Positions 1 through 8,093 of a stretch of 64,000 nt of DNA are shown one piece after another. The position numbers were made by a program, and so were the translations under genes. Below the pieces are notes generated by a model. That model did no database searches. It was not told the origin of the DNA and worked only from the letters and a program-made list of their open reading frames with translations. The DNA comes from a virus, in IMG/VR virus record IMGVR_UViG_3300044646_002092, positions 1-64,000 of that record; one strand, given 5' to 3'. Position 1 is the first letter of the stretch, and each line of letters starts with the position of its first letter.

Positions 1-197
1 GGTACAAGAACTCTCTAGTCAGGTACAACACCTGAGACAGAAAATACAACTGGCGTTGTTGAGTACTTAAATCTAGAGCCACTACAAGGTCGCGCCAATG
101 AAGCATGAACATTTTGACTTTAGCCATTGGAAATGATAGCGAGGCGGAGTATACAAGCTTGTCTGTGATGTAATCCTTTGGGTCTGGGGTCATGTGA

Positions 198-884
198 TTA
201 GAAATTTTTTGTGGTTGTTGTAGGTTTTGAATAACGACCTGATTTTATATCGTCTTGTAAACTAACTAAATTTTTATAAGTTGTCTCTTTTTCTAAAGTG
301 CCGTAAATATTGTTACGGGCTTTTTTAGATAAGGTTGGGTCATTGTAGGCTTTGCCCAAAGCTTTAAGGTCAAAATTATTGTCGCTTAAATGTTCCCATG
401 TATCTCGTCTATCTGCCAATTTCTCTGCTCTAGCATCTGGACTAAGACCACGATATCCAGTTGGTCTACTTAGGGGAGGTGGTGTTGCAGGTTCAGGTCT
501 AGGATTCGCCCAACTATTTGCTGAATTGATAGCTTCTTGTCCCTCTTGCTTCAGATTGTCGATTCTAGCCTGTACTTCAGCAGCCTTACGCCTACCCTCG
601 GATTGAAGAGGGGCAACTATAGCAGGTTCAGGTGGTTGAGGTCTACGTGGAGGAGTTTCCGCCGAATTATTACTATTTCCTCGAACATATTTAACAGCCA
701 TGCCAGCCCCAACGCCTAACGCAGCCCCACTACCACCATATCCAGCAAGCTTACCCAGTCTACCTAGCCATGTAGTTGAGTCACGTTCTTCTTGAGACTC
801 TCCGATTAGCCCAGAACCTCTAGCAAGACCTACCGCAGCACCTACACCAAGACCGATATTGTTAAAATTAGCAAAATGTTTCAT
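198..884 (-). CDS. Gly/Ala-rich (glycine-zipper) late protein, putative internal virion protein; paralog of the C-terminal half of 3684..4718
   Basis: 228 aa. GLGVGAAVGLARGSGLIGESQEERDSTTWLGRLGK closely matches GLGVGALYGLARGTGAGETQEEKDSTTALGRVGK. It lies directly downstream of terL. Function is inferred. Confidence 0.6.
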   Translation of the reverse strand: MKHFANFNNIGLGVGAAVGLARGSGLIGESQEERDSTTWLGRLGKLAGYGGSGAALGVGAGMAVKYVRGNSNNSAETPPRRPQPPEPAIVAPLQSEGRRKAAEVQARIDNLKQEGQEAINSANSWANPRPEPATPPPLSRPTGYRGLSPDARAEKLADRRDTWEHLSDNNFDLKALGKAYNDPTLSKKARNNIYGTLEKETTYKNLVSLQDDIKSGRYSKPTTTTKNF

Positions 885-889
885 GTTAT

Positions 890-2575
890 TTAAAATTGGA
901 TACTACTAATATCTTCGCAGCTAGGTATGTTGTCAGTAAATATAAAAATGTCGTTACTCTCATTGTAGCTTGAGTCGTACCTTTGCTCGTATTTTGCCCA
1001 ATACTCGTCTTCAGTCAGTTTGTGGTCATTATCGCTAAATAGCATGATAGTGCTGTTACTGGTTTTTTGGCTAAGGTAGCCAATCGCATACGCTATACAA
1101 TCTACCCACTCATTAGTCGAGAAAAGTGGAAATCCAACTAGTTCATTGATAGCGTGGTCTGGGTCATACGTCTCGTCAAGTGTGTAGTCTGTTGAGTGAG
1201 GTTTGTAAAAGTATAATTGACCATTCTTGATGTAAGGAACAGCAGCGCCAAAACGTTTCTCTTTATCAGCCTGTGCTTTTCCACCCCACTCACTAGGACG
1301 AAAAGGTACGATGTTGGGGAACTCACTAGCAAGCAAGCGCATCACTGCTTCGCCATTAGCTTTCGCCTCAACACCAATTTCAGCTTCAGGATATTTCTTG
1401 GCTAGTTTTTTGATAGCTGCCATTTGCCCCACGATGTCCAGCTTTGCGCGAATACCATCAATGACATAATAGTTATCTTCTCTTATGCCTACCACCGCAC
1501 CCAGATTCCACGATGTAGACGCAGTTGATGCTGCGAAGGTCAAATCCCACATGATTAGCATCGAATCCATCTTAGTTGGCTTCTGGGATACGATGCGGAT
1601 ATCTTTCTCGTCGAGTGTGATTCCCTTACCACCACCTGAAGGGTCTTGGTTGAATAGAGTCTTACGTCTTATAGGGTCTAAACCATCTAGTAGTTTTAAG
1701 GGTATTCTATTTTTATCTAGTAATTCTCCTTCTTTTTTTCTGGGGTCGTTCCATTTTTCCCCTAAAGGTGAGAAGTATGTCTTACGCTTAGCAAACTCAG
1801 CAGGAACACAAAGCTCAAAAAAACAGTCTTCACCTATAAATTTATTGTGTAAGTGATTTACAAGGTCACTGTCACCTAATCTTTGGTTAATAGCTATTCG
1901 GACATCCGAGTTAAAATCATTAGTTCTGCCGAATAATTGGTCAGTCACCCATCTATTTCGTTGTTCTCTGATAGTCTCATTTTTATACATCTCTTCATCA
2001 ATGATGTCATCAATAAGAAATACAGTACCCCCACTACCAATAATCCCTGTGTCTGGAGACGAAATATTTATTTCTCCTTTGCCCGTATTACTAATCTTAG
2101 TTTTAGTTGATTGGTCATCTGATAGTTTAAAACTAAACAATTCGTGGTCTGGATTGCAATATCTGTTTTTATAATTTGGATGATTTACAATATTTCTGGT
2201 TGCGATTAAGTTACTTGTACATAATCCTAATTTGTGAGAACTTAAATAGAACTTCTCTTCAGGGTGAGATATCCACCTAAATGCTGGGGCAGAAATAGAT
2301 GTGATAGTCGTCTTTCCACTACGAGGAGGTACGGTAACAATTAGTCTTTTTATTTGGCGATTTAGTGCTGCCTCTACGTGTTCCGCCACACAGTCTATAT
2401 GCCAGTTCTTCTCTAACGGTACACCTTGATGAAAACCCCAAGCCCACGCATAAAAATGGCGTAACTTCTTACTTGCTTTTTCTGCCAATACATCATCGAG
2501 CGCGTCACTCATCTTGCGGAGTTCGGCTTCGCTCATGTCGTTGCTTTGCTTTTGCTTACTTCGTGCGCTTGTCAT
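890..2575 (-). CDS. terL: Terminase large subunit
   Basis: Walker A VTVPPRSGKTT, Walker B VFLIDDII, coupling-motif region INQRL, and an RNase H-like nuclease domain (LIMWD, GVEAKANG, NEWVD); 561 aa. Confidence 0.95.
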   Translation of the reverse strand: MTSARSKQKQSNDMSEAELRKMSDALDDVLAEKASKKLRHFYAWAWGFHQGVPLEKNWHIDCVAEHVEAALNRQIKRLIVTVPPRSGKTTITSISAPAFRWISHPEEKFYLSSHKLGLCTSNLIATRNIVNHPNYKNRYCNPDHELFSFKLSDDQSTKTKISNTGKGEINISSPDTGIIGSGGTVFLIDDIIDEEMYKNETIREQRNRWVTDQLFGRTNDFNSDVRIAINQRLGDSDLVNHLHNKFIGEDCFFELCVPAEFAKRKTYFSPLGEKWNDPRKKEGELLDKNRIPLKLLDGLDPIRRKTLFNQDPSGGGKGITLDEKDIRIVSQKPTKMDSMLIMWDLTFAASTASTSWNLGAVVGIREDNYYVIDGIRAKLDIVGQMAAIKKLAKKYPEAEIGVEAKANGEAVMRLLASEFPNIVPFRPSEWGGKAQADKEKRFGAAVPYIKNGQLYFYKPHSTDYTLDETYDPDHAINELVGFPLFSTNEWVDCIAYAIGYLSQKTSNSTIMLFSDNDHKLTEDEYWAKYEQRYDSSYNESNDIFIFTDNIPSCEDISSIQF

Positions 2576-2968
2576 TTATATGTATGTTGTGATATATTGG
2601 GTAGTATAGCATTCTGCCTAAACTACTTGGCTCGATTCAAGGTTCAGATTAAAGATAGCATCCTCAAACAGCCCGTCAAGCGCTACATTCCGCCCGATAC
2701 TATTGGTGTGCAGTTCTTGATTGATTTTGCTAAGTGTGACGCTAAGAATCCACGCACTATCGAGTACTTGAAGGTTATCATGCCGTCAGAAAAGAATATT
2801 GTGGCGGCGAACGCAGTGATGGTGTGGATAGTGACCCATAAAGAACTGGACTTGAAGCTATATAGTCCTAAGCAGAGTGTGGTAGATTACATAGAAAGTA
2901 ACCTCACTCCGTTCGGCGTGCAGAAAAAAGAAATCTTGAGAGGCGAATCAAATAATGACCAGCAATAA
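2546..2968 (+). CDS. Hypothetical protein divergent from terL (true start probably further downstream)
   Basis: Open frame whose end overlaps the start of 2955..3683; no motif recognised. Confidence 0.45.
   Translation: MLLLTSCACHLYVCCDILGSIAFCLNYLARFKVQIKDSILKQPVKRYIPPDTIGVQFLIDFAKCDAKNPRTIEYLKVIMPSEKNIVAANAVMVWIVTHKELDLKLYSPKQSVVDYIESNLTPFGVQKKEILRGESNNDQQ
2603..2611 (-). promoter_or_regulatory. Extended -10 promoter for terL
   Basis: TGcTATACT on the minus strand, 28 nt upstream of the terL ATG. Confidence 0.5.
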
Positions 2969-3683
2969 CATCGAGCAAAAGCTGCAATCACTACGCAACT
3001 TGAATAGTGAACAGTCCGAAATGCAAAAGATAACGATACATAAACTCAGCAAGACAAGCTGGGTAAATTGGACTGATATTAAACGCGCATATATTCTTGG
3101 CAAGCGTATTGAAGAGTTTGACGAGGAAACTGGGCATACGCGGATTTGGTCTGAGAGCTACAACTTAAAAGAACTTGCAGATGAGTTTGGTGTTGGGGTC
3201 AGTCAGTTAACAAAGAAATCTGCTGTCGAAGGGTGGGGGCAATTACGTGATAGTTACTTGGCGCGAGTACAGGAGGAAGCGCTTGGTACTGAGCTTGGTT
3301 ATTTTACCAACGAGGAGAGCGAGACTGAGGCAAACAGCTTGGCTATCATTCGTAAGGGCATGAAGCTGATTAACTTAGGTCTGGAGCAAGAGTATGGCGA
3401 TTTACTTGAGGCTGTAGACGCTGATGGTGATGTGGACTTGCGCGAATATAGTAAGGTCAACTTGAAGGCGCTGAGTGAGGGAATCAAGGGACTGAAGGCA
3501 CTCCATGAGTTGCATAGTAAGGTGATGGAACAAGCACCCAAAACTAATCAGGAGCTACTAGAGCAACTAAATCGTAGTAAAACGGTCGAGAGACTGAAAA
3601 ATCCTAAAGAGCGTGAGAAATTGCAAAAAGAATTACAGAAGAAATTGGCGCTCCTTAGTCAGATAGAGGAAGATGACGATTAG
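2955..3683 (+). CDS. HTH-containing helical protein, candidate terminase small subunit
   Basis: YNLKELADEFGVGVSQLTKKSAVEGW looks like a TerS-type N-terminal HTH ending in W, followed by helical/coiled-coil segments. Adjacent to terL but on the opposite strand. Confidence 0.45.
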   Translation: MTSNNIEQKLQSLRNLNSEQSEMQKITIHKLSKTSWVNWTDIKRAYILGKRIEEFDEETGHTRIWSESYNLKELADEFGVGVSQLTKKSAVEGWGQLRDSYLARVQEEALGTELGYFTNEESETEANSLAIIRKGMKLINLGLEQEYGDLLEAVDADGDVDLREYSKVNLKALSEGIKGLKALHELHSKVMEQAPKTNQELLEQLNRSKTVERLKNPKEREKLQKELQKKLALLSQIEEDDD

Positions 3684-4718
3684 TCAGTCCAAGGAATAGG
3701 TGTTGGGGGCTTGTCCAGCCTGTCTTGCAGCGTTAGCTTGAGGGTCTGGCACAGTTCTTTTTGCACGTACAGCAGCGATTCTATCGTCCCAATTTTTCTC
3801 GCTAGTAAGTCCTGCTTTATCTGCCCACTTATCAAATCCTTGGTTCTTGCGTCGAAGTTGCCCGTAACCAACAGCAGCAGCACCTCCAGCTACAGTACCA
3901 ATACCCGCACCAGCTACAGAGCCTGTGGCAGTTCTACCTAGTATTTTACCTACTCTTCCTAATGCTGTAGTGCTGTCTTTTTCTTCTTGGGTTTCGCCAG
4001 CGCCTGTACCTCTAGCTAATCCATATAAAGCACCCACACCTAACCCAGTTCTAGCTCCTTGAACAGCACCTACCGCACCAAGATTCGTGAGGCTGAAATT
4101 TGCACCCGACGAACGAGTGGCAGCGAAGTGAGTGAAATGTTGCATCTGTTTTTGTTGTGTGAAGTTTATTCTATTATTGTAGCCTGTCATAAATGGCTTA
4201 CCTAAAGATTTCTTCCAATATAAATTTTTCATTTCTGCTTCGTCATACTTGGTATTCATGTTTTTAATAGCGTCATTGTCAATCAGTTTTACTTGACGCT
4301 TGTTAACGTCGGGTTTTACTATATTGCCTTCATGTATATCTGTATGACCTAGACCTTCTTTTAAAAGACGATTTTGCATACGACCCACTTGACTACCAAG
4401 TTTGTATTGCTCTTTAGAATTAATTCCTTTAAATCTTTTCGGTAATGGTGTACCTGCGTAATTTTGAGTGTAAGAAACCATATTGCCAAGTTCGCGATAG
4501 TTCTGAACTGGAGGTACTAGTCCTGTCGCTCTAGCAGCTTTATCTGCATTATTGTATTCTTTTCTGATTGCATCTACAAAAGCTTCTGGGTACTCTCGCT
4601 CAGGATTCATGTTGTCGATGCGTACTTTGTTTGTAGCAGGGAAATGTAGTACGCGCTTGTCTGGTGTAAGAAGAAGGGCTTTGGCGTTGCGGATTCGGGC
4701 GAAGTCGGTGATGTTCAT
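3684..4718 (-). CDS. Protein-kinase-like (RIO/Kdo/Bud32-like) domain fused to a Gly-zipper module
   Basis: Catalytic loop GLGHTDIHEGNI, metal-binding VKLIDND and upstream TGLVPPV...YAGTPL. The C-terminal half is paralogous to 198..884. Confidence 0.7.
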   Translation of the reverse strand: MNITDFARIRNAKALLLTPDKRVLHFPATNKVRIDNMNPEREYPEAFVDAIRKEYNNADKAARATGLVPPVQNYRELGNMVSYTQNYAGTPLPKRFKGINSKEQYKLGSQVGRMQNRLLKEGLGHTDIHEGNIVKPDVNKRQVKLIDNDAIKNMNTKYDEAEMKNLYWKKSLGKPFMTGYNNRINFTQQKQMQHFTHFAATRSSGANFSLTNLGAVGAVQGARTGLGVGALYGLARGTGAGETQEEKDSTTALGRVGKILGRTATGSVAGAGIGTVAGGAAAVGYGQLRRKNQGFDKWADKAGLTSEKNWDDRIAAVRAKRTVPDPQANAARQAGQAPNTYSLD

Positions 4719-4722
4719 GTGG

Positions 4723-5085
4723 TTAGAATACTTTATAGAGGATATCGGGATTCAAAGACATTATTTTTCTTGACTCTGCGCTGAGGGGATTGCGGTCTGA
4801 AGTGCAGAAATAAAGCTTGGTACGTTCTTTGTTGTAATGCATGGCGTAGTGCCTGAGTTGAGAAATTGCAGATTTTAGGCTACTAGAATCGTTCCTTCTC
4901 TTACATTCAATAATGTGCCAACAAACACCGCCAGAGGGCAAGTATTCACGCACCAAGCAGTCTATACGTCCTGTGGGTACTTTTACCTCAGTTTGTACGA
5001 CAAAACCGCTAGACCGCATAAAATTGGCAACTGCGTCTCTGGTATATTTCTCTAGTGGTGGCGATGTTTTGCGCTTAGAGGTCAT
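4723..5085 (-). CDS. Small PD-(D/E)XK restriction-endonuclease-like protein
   Basis: VVQTEVKVPTGRIDCLV...IIECK...AISQLRHY motif set. Confidence 0.75.
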   Translation of the reverse strand: MTSKRKTSPPLEKYTRDAVANFMRSSGFVVQTEVKVPTGRIDCLVREYLPSGGVCWHIIECKRRNDSSSLKSAISQLRHYAMHYNKERTKLYFCTSDRNPLSAESRKIMSLNPDILYKVF

Positions 5086-5294
5086 TAGCTCTTTATACGT
5101 TCCAACAACTCTTTTGATGCATTGGCTTTGGACAACGCTTTGGGCATGAGAGGAGGCTTGGCGATACTTTTCAGCATCTTTTTATCAGCCTTTTTGCCAG
5201 TTAGCGCTTTTAGTTCTTCTAGCTTAGGTGGAAAGATGTCAGGTAGCTTGGTTGCTGGTTTCTTGGTTGCTACTGGTGTGCTTAGTTCATTCAT
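5085..5294 (-). CDS. Small basic hypothetical protein
   Basis: 69 aa ORF tightly coupled to both neighbours. Confidence 0.55.
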   Translation of the reverse strand: MNELSTPVATKKPATKLPDIFPPKLEELKALTGKKADKKMLKSIAKPPLMPKALSKANASKELLERIKS

Positions 5295-5584
5295 CTTGTG
5301 AGGGGCTGTCCAATGTTATTTCTATTGTACTGTACCTCGCTGACTCGGCGCATCTCGCCGTCGGACAGGTGCAGAAAGAACTGGTCGGGTTTGCAGTAGA
5401 GTCGTTCGGCAAAATCGCGCTCCACGTAGGTGTAGCAGTTGTTAGGTATTTTGATGCGTACTTTTTGAACTACTGTGGGTTGTTGGTATGGGCGAATGTC
5501 TTCGTGAGGGAAAGAGAAGGAAAACGCTGGCGCTACGGGGCAGAAAAGGAGGCTGAGGGTCAGGGCGAGTGATTTAGGATTCAT
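5291..5584 (-). CDS. Hypothetical protein with signal-peptide-like N-terminus
   Basis: The ATG at 5584 overlaps the upstream stop (ATGA); begins MNPKSLALTLSLLFCPVAPAFS. Confidence 0.55.
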   Translation of the reverse strand: MNPKSLALTLSLLFCPVAPAFSFSFPHEDIRPYQQPTVVQKVRIKIPNNCYTYVERDFAERLYCKPDQFFLHLSDGEMRRVSEVQYNRNNIGQPLTR

Positions 5585-6300
5585 GGTTGGTTGTCTTGGT
5601 AAATGATTGTGAAAAAAGCTGTTTTGCAAGTGCCTGATTTTACTATAGACCATCCTGCATCAAGTAAAGTCTCTTTGATATATGGAGTACTTTCTTGTAA
5701 TGGTAGCAAATATGTTTTTAATTCTGGGATAGTAATTTTCCTTGCTTTTTTACGAAGCAGTAAACATTCTGCCTTGGTAAGTATTAACGTTTTTTTATCA
5801 ATTTCGTTCAACTGTTCTAGCTGTACATTCCTCCAGTTGTGAGATTTGATAATAGCCTGAGCCATTGTAGAGTGGTGAATTTCTTTATAACCAAAGTGTT
5901 GTGCAAGATAAAGATGAAGTCGGTCATAACCTTCAGCAACTTGCCTCTTTCCTGTCTGCCCTTTGTAAGATATCTTTAAGTTGTCATCTTCTGAGTCTAT
6001 GAATACTTCAAAGCCAGTTAGTAGTTCAGGGCAGTTGGCAAATTTACCTGCTAGAGCCGCTACACCTATGACTTTGGTGCTTTCTACACTTTGTCTGAGT
6101 TGACGTAACTCTAGGGCAATACTTTCGAGGTTATCCCCCATTTTTACGACCATCAACTGAGAGAATGTGGACATCTTAGCTATTTGCCCCTCGTTTTCCC
6201 AATCACTTAATGTCTTTTGAACTAAAGCTCTATCGGCTGGTATTTTTTCAATAGCGGCAATCAGTTCAGCATCTACTTCGTATACTTTATCTATTTCCAC
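5581..6300 (-). CDS. Putative DNA-binding protein with C-terminal winged helix; paralog of 20417..21064
   Basis: Shared blocks PELLTGF..D.E...K.SYKGQ / PEYLDGF.ID.ESRRVKYCGQ and ITIPEL...LLDAGW / VTIPEI...LDKLGW. Confidence 0.6.
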   Translation of the reverse strand: MEIDKVYEVDAELIAAIEKIPADRALVQKTLSDWENEGQIAKMSTFSQLMVVKMGDNLESIALELRQLRQSVESTKVIGVAALAGKFANCPELLTGFEVFIDSEDDNLKISYKGQTGKRQVAEGYDRLHLYLAQHFGYKEIHHSTMAQAIIKSHNWRNVQLEQLNEIDKKTLILTKAECLLLRKKARKITIPELKTYLLPLQESTPYIKETLLDAGWSIVKSGTCKTAFFTIIYQDNQP

Positions 6301-6315
6301 AGTTATATTGTAATT

Positions 6316-6499
6316 CTGTACTTATTTATCATAACATAGTTAAAATCCTGTACCTCAGTCTGTACTTTTTTTGTGTTAGCTGCTCCAACCTCAATATAAA
6401 CGTCAAATTACCTTGTACCTAACTTTGTAATTTCCCTCTTTCTGTTTGTACTTTTGGTCAAATAATGCCCTCAAACGTCGAGGATTCGTTAAGGTACAA
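6316..6499. repeat. Six dispersed YTGTACYT copies upstream of 5581..6300
   Basis: Copies at 6316, 6348, 6360, 6413 and 6446, plus an inverted copy at 6493. They bracket the minus-strand extended -10 TGtTATGAT (6328-6336). Confidence 0.6.
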
Positions 6500-6750
6500 G
6501 ATTTTCTTTTATTACTATTATTATTGGAGACACTTTTGAATTAGCCATGCGGCGTATGAGCTAGTACCTTAGTATCTACCTCACTTAGCATAGGAATCTC
6601 TGTGTTTTGCCATAGTATCTAGGTAAATTCACGCTATGTATGAAAGTTCGAGTACTATCGAACAATGCTGTGATGGCGCAAACTCGTTGCTATATGTTAT
6701 ATCGATGAGTGGGAATATTGATGAGCGTCGATATATCGAGAGAGTGGAAG

Positions 6751-6769
6751 CAAAATGATAATCATTCTC
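6751..6769. promoter_or_regulatory. Fur box-like operator
   Basis: CAAAATGATAATCATTCTC matches the canonical GATAATGATAATCATTATC at 16/19 positions. Confidence 0.55.
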
Positions 6770-6892
6770 ATTCTCGTTTAACTCTCGTATATACGAACAT
6801 CACATGAGCATACCCCATACTTCCCTCACACAAATATCATATATCCCTTATCTATCTCTAAGTCAAATATCATCCTTTTCATTATAAATTCA

Positions 6893-6935
6893 GTATCATA
6901 CGATACAGATTAAGCTACACTCTATACTGTATAAT
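6893..6935 (+). promoter_or_regulatory. NtcA-type activated promoter candidate
   Basis: GTATCATACGATAC (GTA-N8-TAC, palindromic GTATC/GATAC) followed by 23 nt and then TATAAT (6930-6935). Confidence 0.45.
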
Positions 6936-7319
6936 GCTTTCAGCGCATAAATAAAGCGCTCAGACAACTTTCACCAAGGAGAAATAAAAAAGAACCTCAC
7001 TTACCCTCACATAACGAACATGAAAATAATATAATGGGAGATTAAAAATATCCGATTGAAAATAGCCCCAAATTTTGAAGAGATAAGCCTGACCCATAGG
7101 ATTAAGCATACAAATACAGCTAAGCAGACTAACAAAGTCTTAGAGATGCCAAAAACTAGCAGTGTAGAGAGATATTAAGTTAACCGCTAATAGGAATATC
7201 GCGCACGATACTATATGCTAATACGAAAATTAGAGGAGCAAAAAGAATTTTCAAACTTTTTTATTCCTACAGTGTATAGCTTACAGCCACTTTTAAACGT
7301 TTACATACTACAAGGGGGC

Positions 7320-7348
7320 TTTACATTCTAGAGATAACCTGATAGATT
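7320..7348 (+). promoter_or_regulatory. Sigma70-type early promoter
   Basis: TTTACA-17 nt-TAGATT. Confidence 0.6.
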
Positions 7349-7449
7349 AAATCTCATGGAAAACGAGTTAAACGAGCCGCAAGGCAAGCACTTCTAATCC
7401 ATAGCTGGGTTGGTTTCCAGCACTGCCAAAAAGATTTTTTCTTTAGGGC

Positions 7450-7478
7450 TTGCAATTTAAAAGGAACTAAGCTAAGCT
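7450..7478 (+). promoter_or_regulatory. Sigma70-type early promoter
   Basis: TTGCAA-17 nt-TAAGCT. Confidence 0.65.
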
Positions 7479-7549
7479 ACTAAGGCGGTTGAAAAAGACT
7501 GCAAAAACAAAAAAGAGTGCTTAACTCTTTACCCAAACATTAAGCGACA

Positions 7550-7568
7550 GTACCTTGAAAACTGAATA
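7550..7568 (+). promoter_or_regulatory. rrn-type boxA antitermination element
   Basis: GTACCTTGAAAACTGAATA resembles the cyanobacterial rRNA ITS boxA (GAACCTTGAAAACTG) and sits just after the promoters. Confidence 0.55.
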
Positions 7569-8068
7569 TAGACTAACGTCAAATCACATCAAGTAATCAG
7601 TCTTGAGTGTCAAAACTTAGTACCTGTGTAAAAGATATCCTGTGATAAGGTTGCGAGTGGAAAAGTACGGTTAGTTATGTGAGAGTGAAAAGATAAGACT
7701 GAGTTATTCGGAAAATACTCGTAATTCAGCTTATACTTAGTATCTCGTGATTGGCTCTACGGGGCAAAACGTTGTCTATCTTGCTTAATGGGTAGAATCG
7801 TAAGAATAATTAAGCCTAGCATTGCTAGACATAACCTAACGATGGGTTGATACATCGCGTTACTTCTTTCTGTAAAGAGAGGGTAACTAAGACAAAAACT
7901 AAGTAGCTCTGACTATTCAAGATTGCTATAGGCTACTAGCTGAAATACCGCTAGAGACAGCTAAGACATATTCTTAGGTCTAATACACTATCCAATCTAA
8001 TAGAACGCTGTAACAGGCAAAAAGTGAGCTATGTAGTCTAGTCCTAACTGTGCTGTAAAGCTTTTCAC
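7569..8068 (+). ncRNA. Candidate large structured ncRNA (~500 nt), family unassigned
   Basis: No ORF. Closing stem TAGACTA 7569-7575 / TAGTCTA 8033-8039; c(UACG)g hairpin 7753-7764; GUAA-capped hairpin 7858-7886; long hairpin 7692-7733; CTAAGA/TCTTAG 7960-7976. Confidence 0.55.
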
Positions 8069-8093
8069 TTGAAATAACTAAGGAGATAAGATT

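Noticed and set aside
6554-6567. Second GTA-N8-TAC (NtcA-like) site
   Set aside because: No TGTA/TACA flanks and no properly spaced -10; expected by chance.
7569-8045. Group I intron suggested by GACTA/TAGTC (P7-like) pairing
   Set aside because: The GACTA lies at the very start of the transcript, leaving no room for P3-P6 upstream, and no interrupted gene flanks it.
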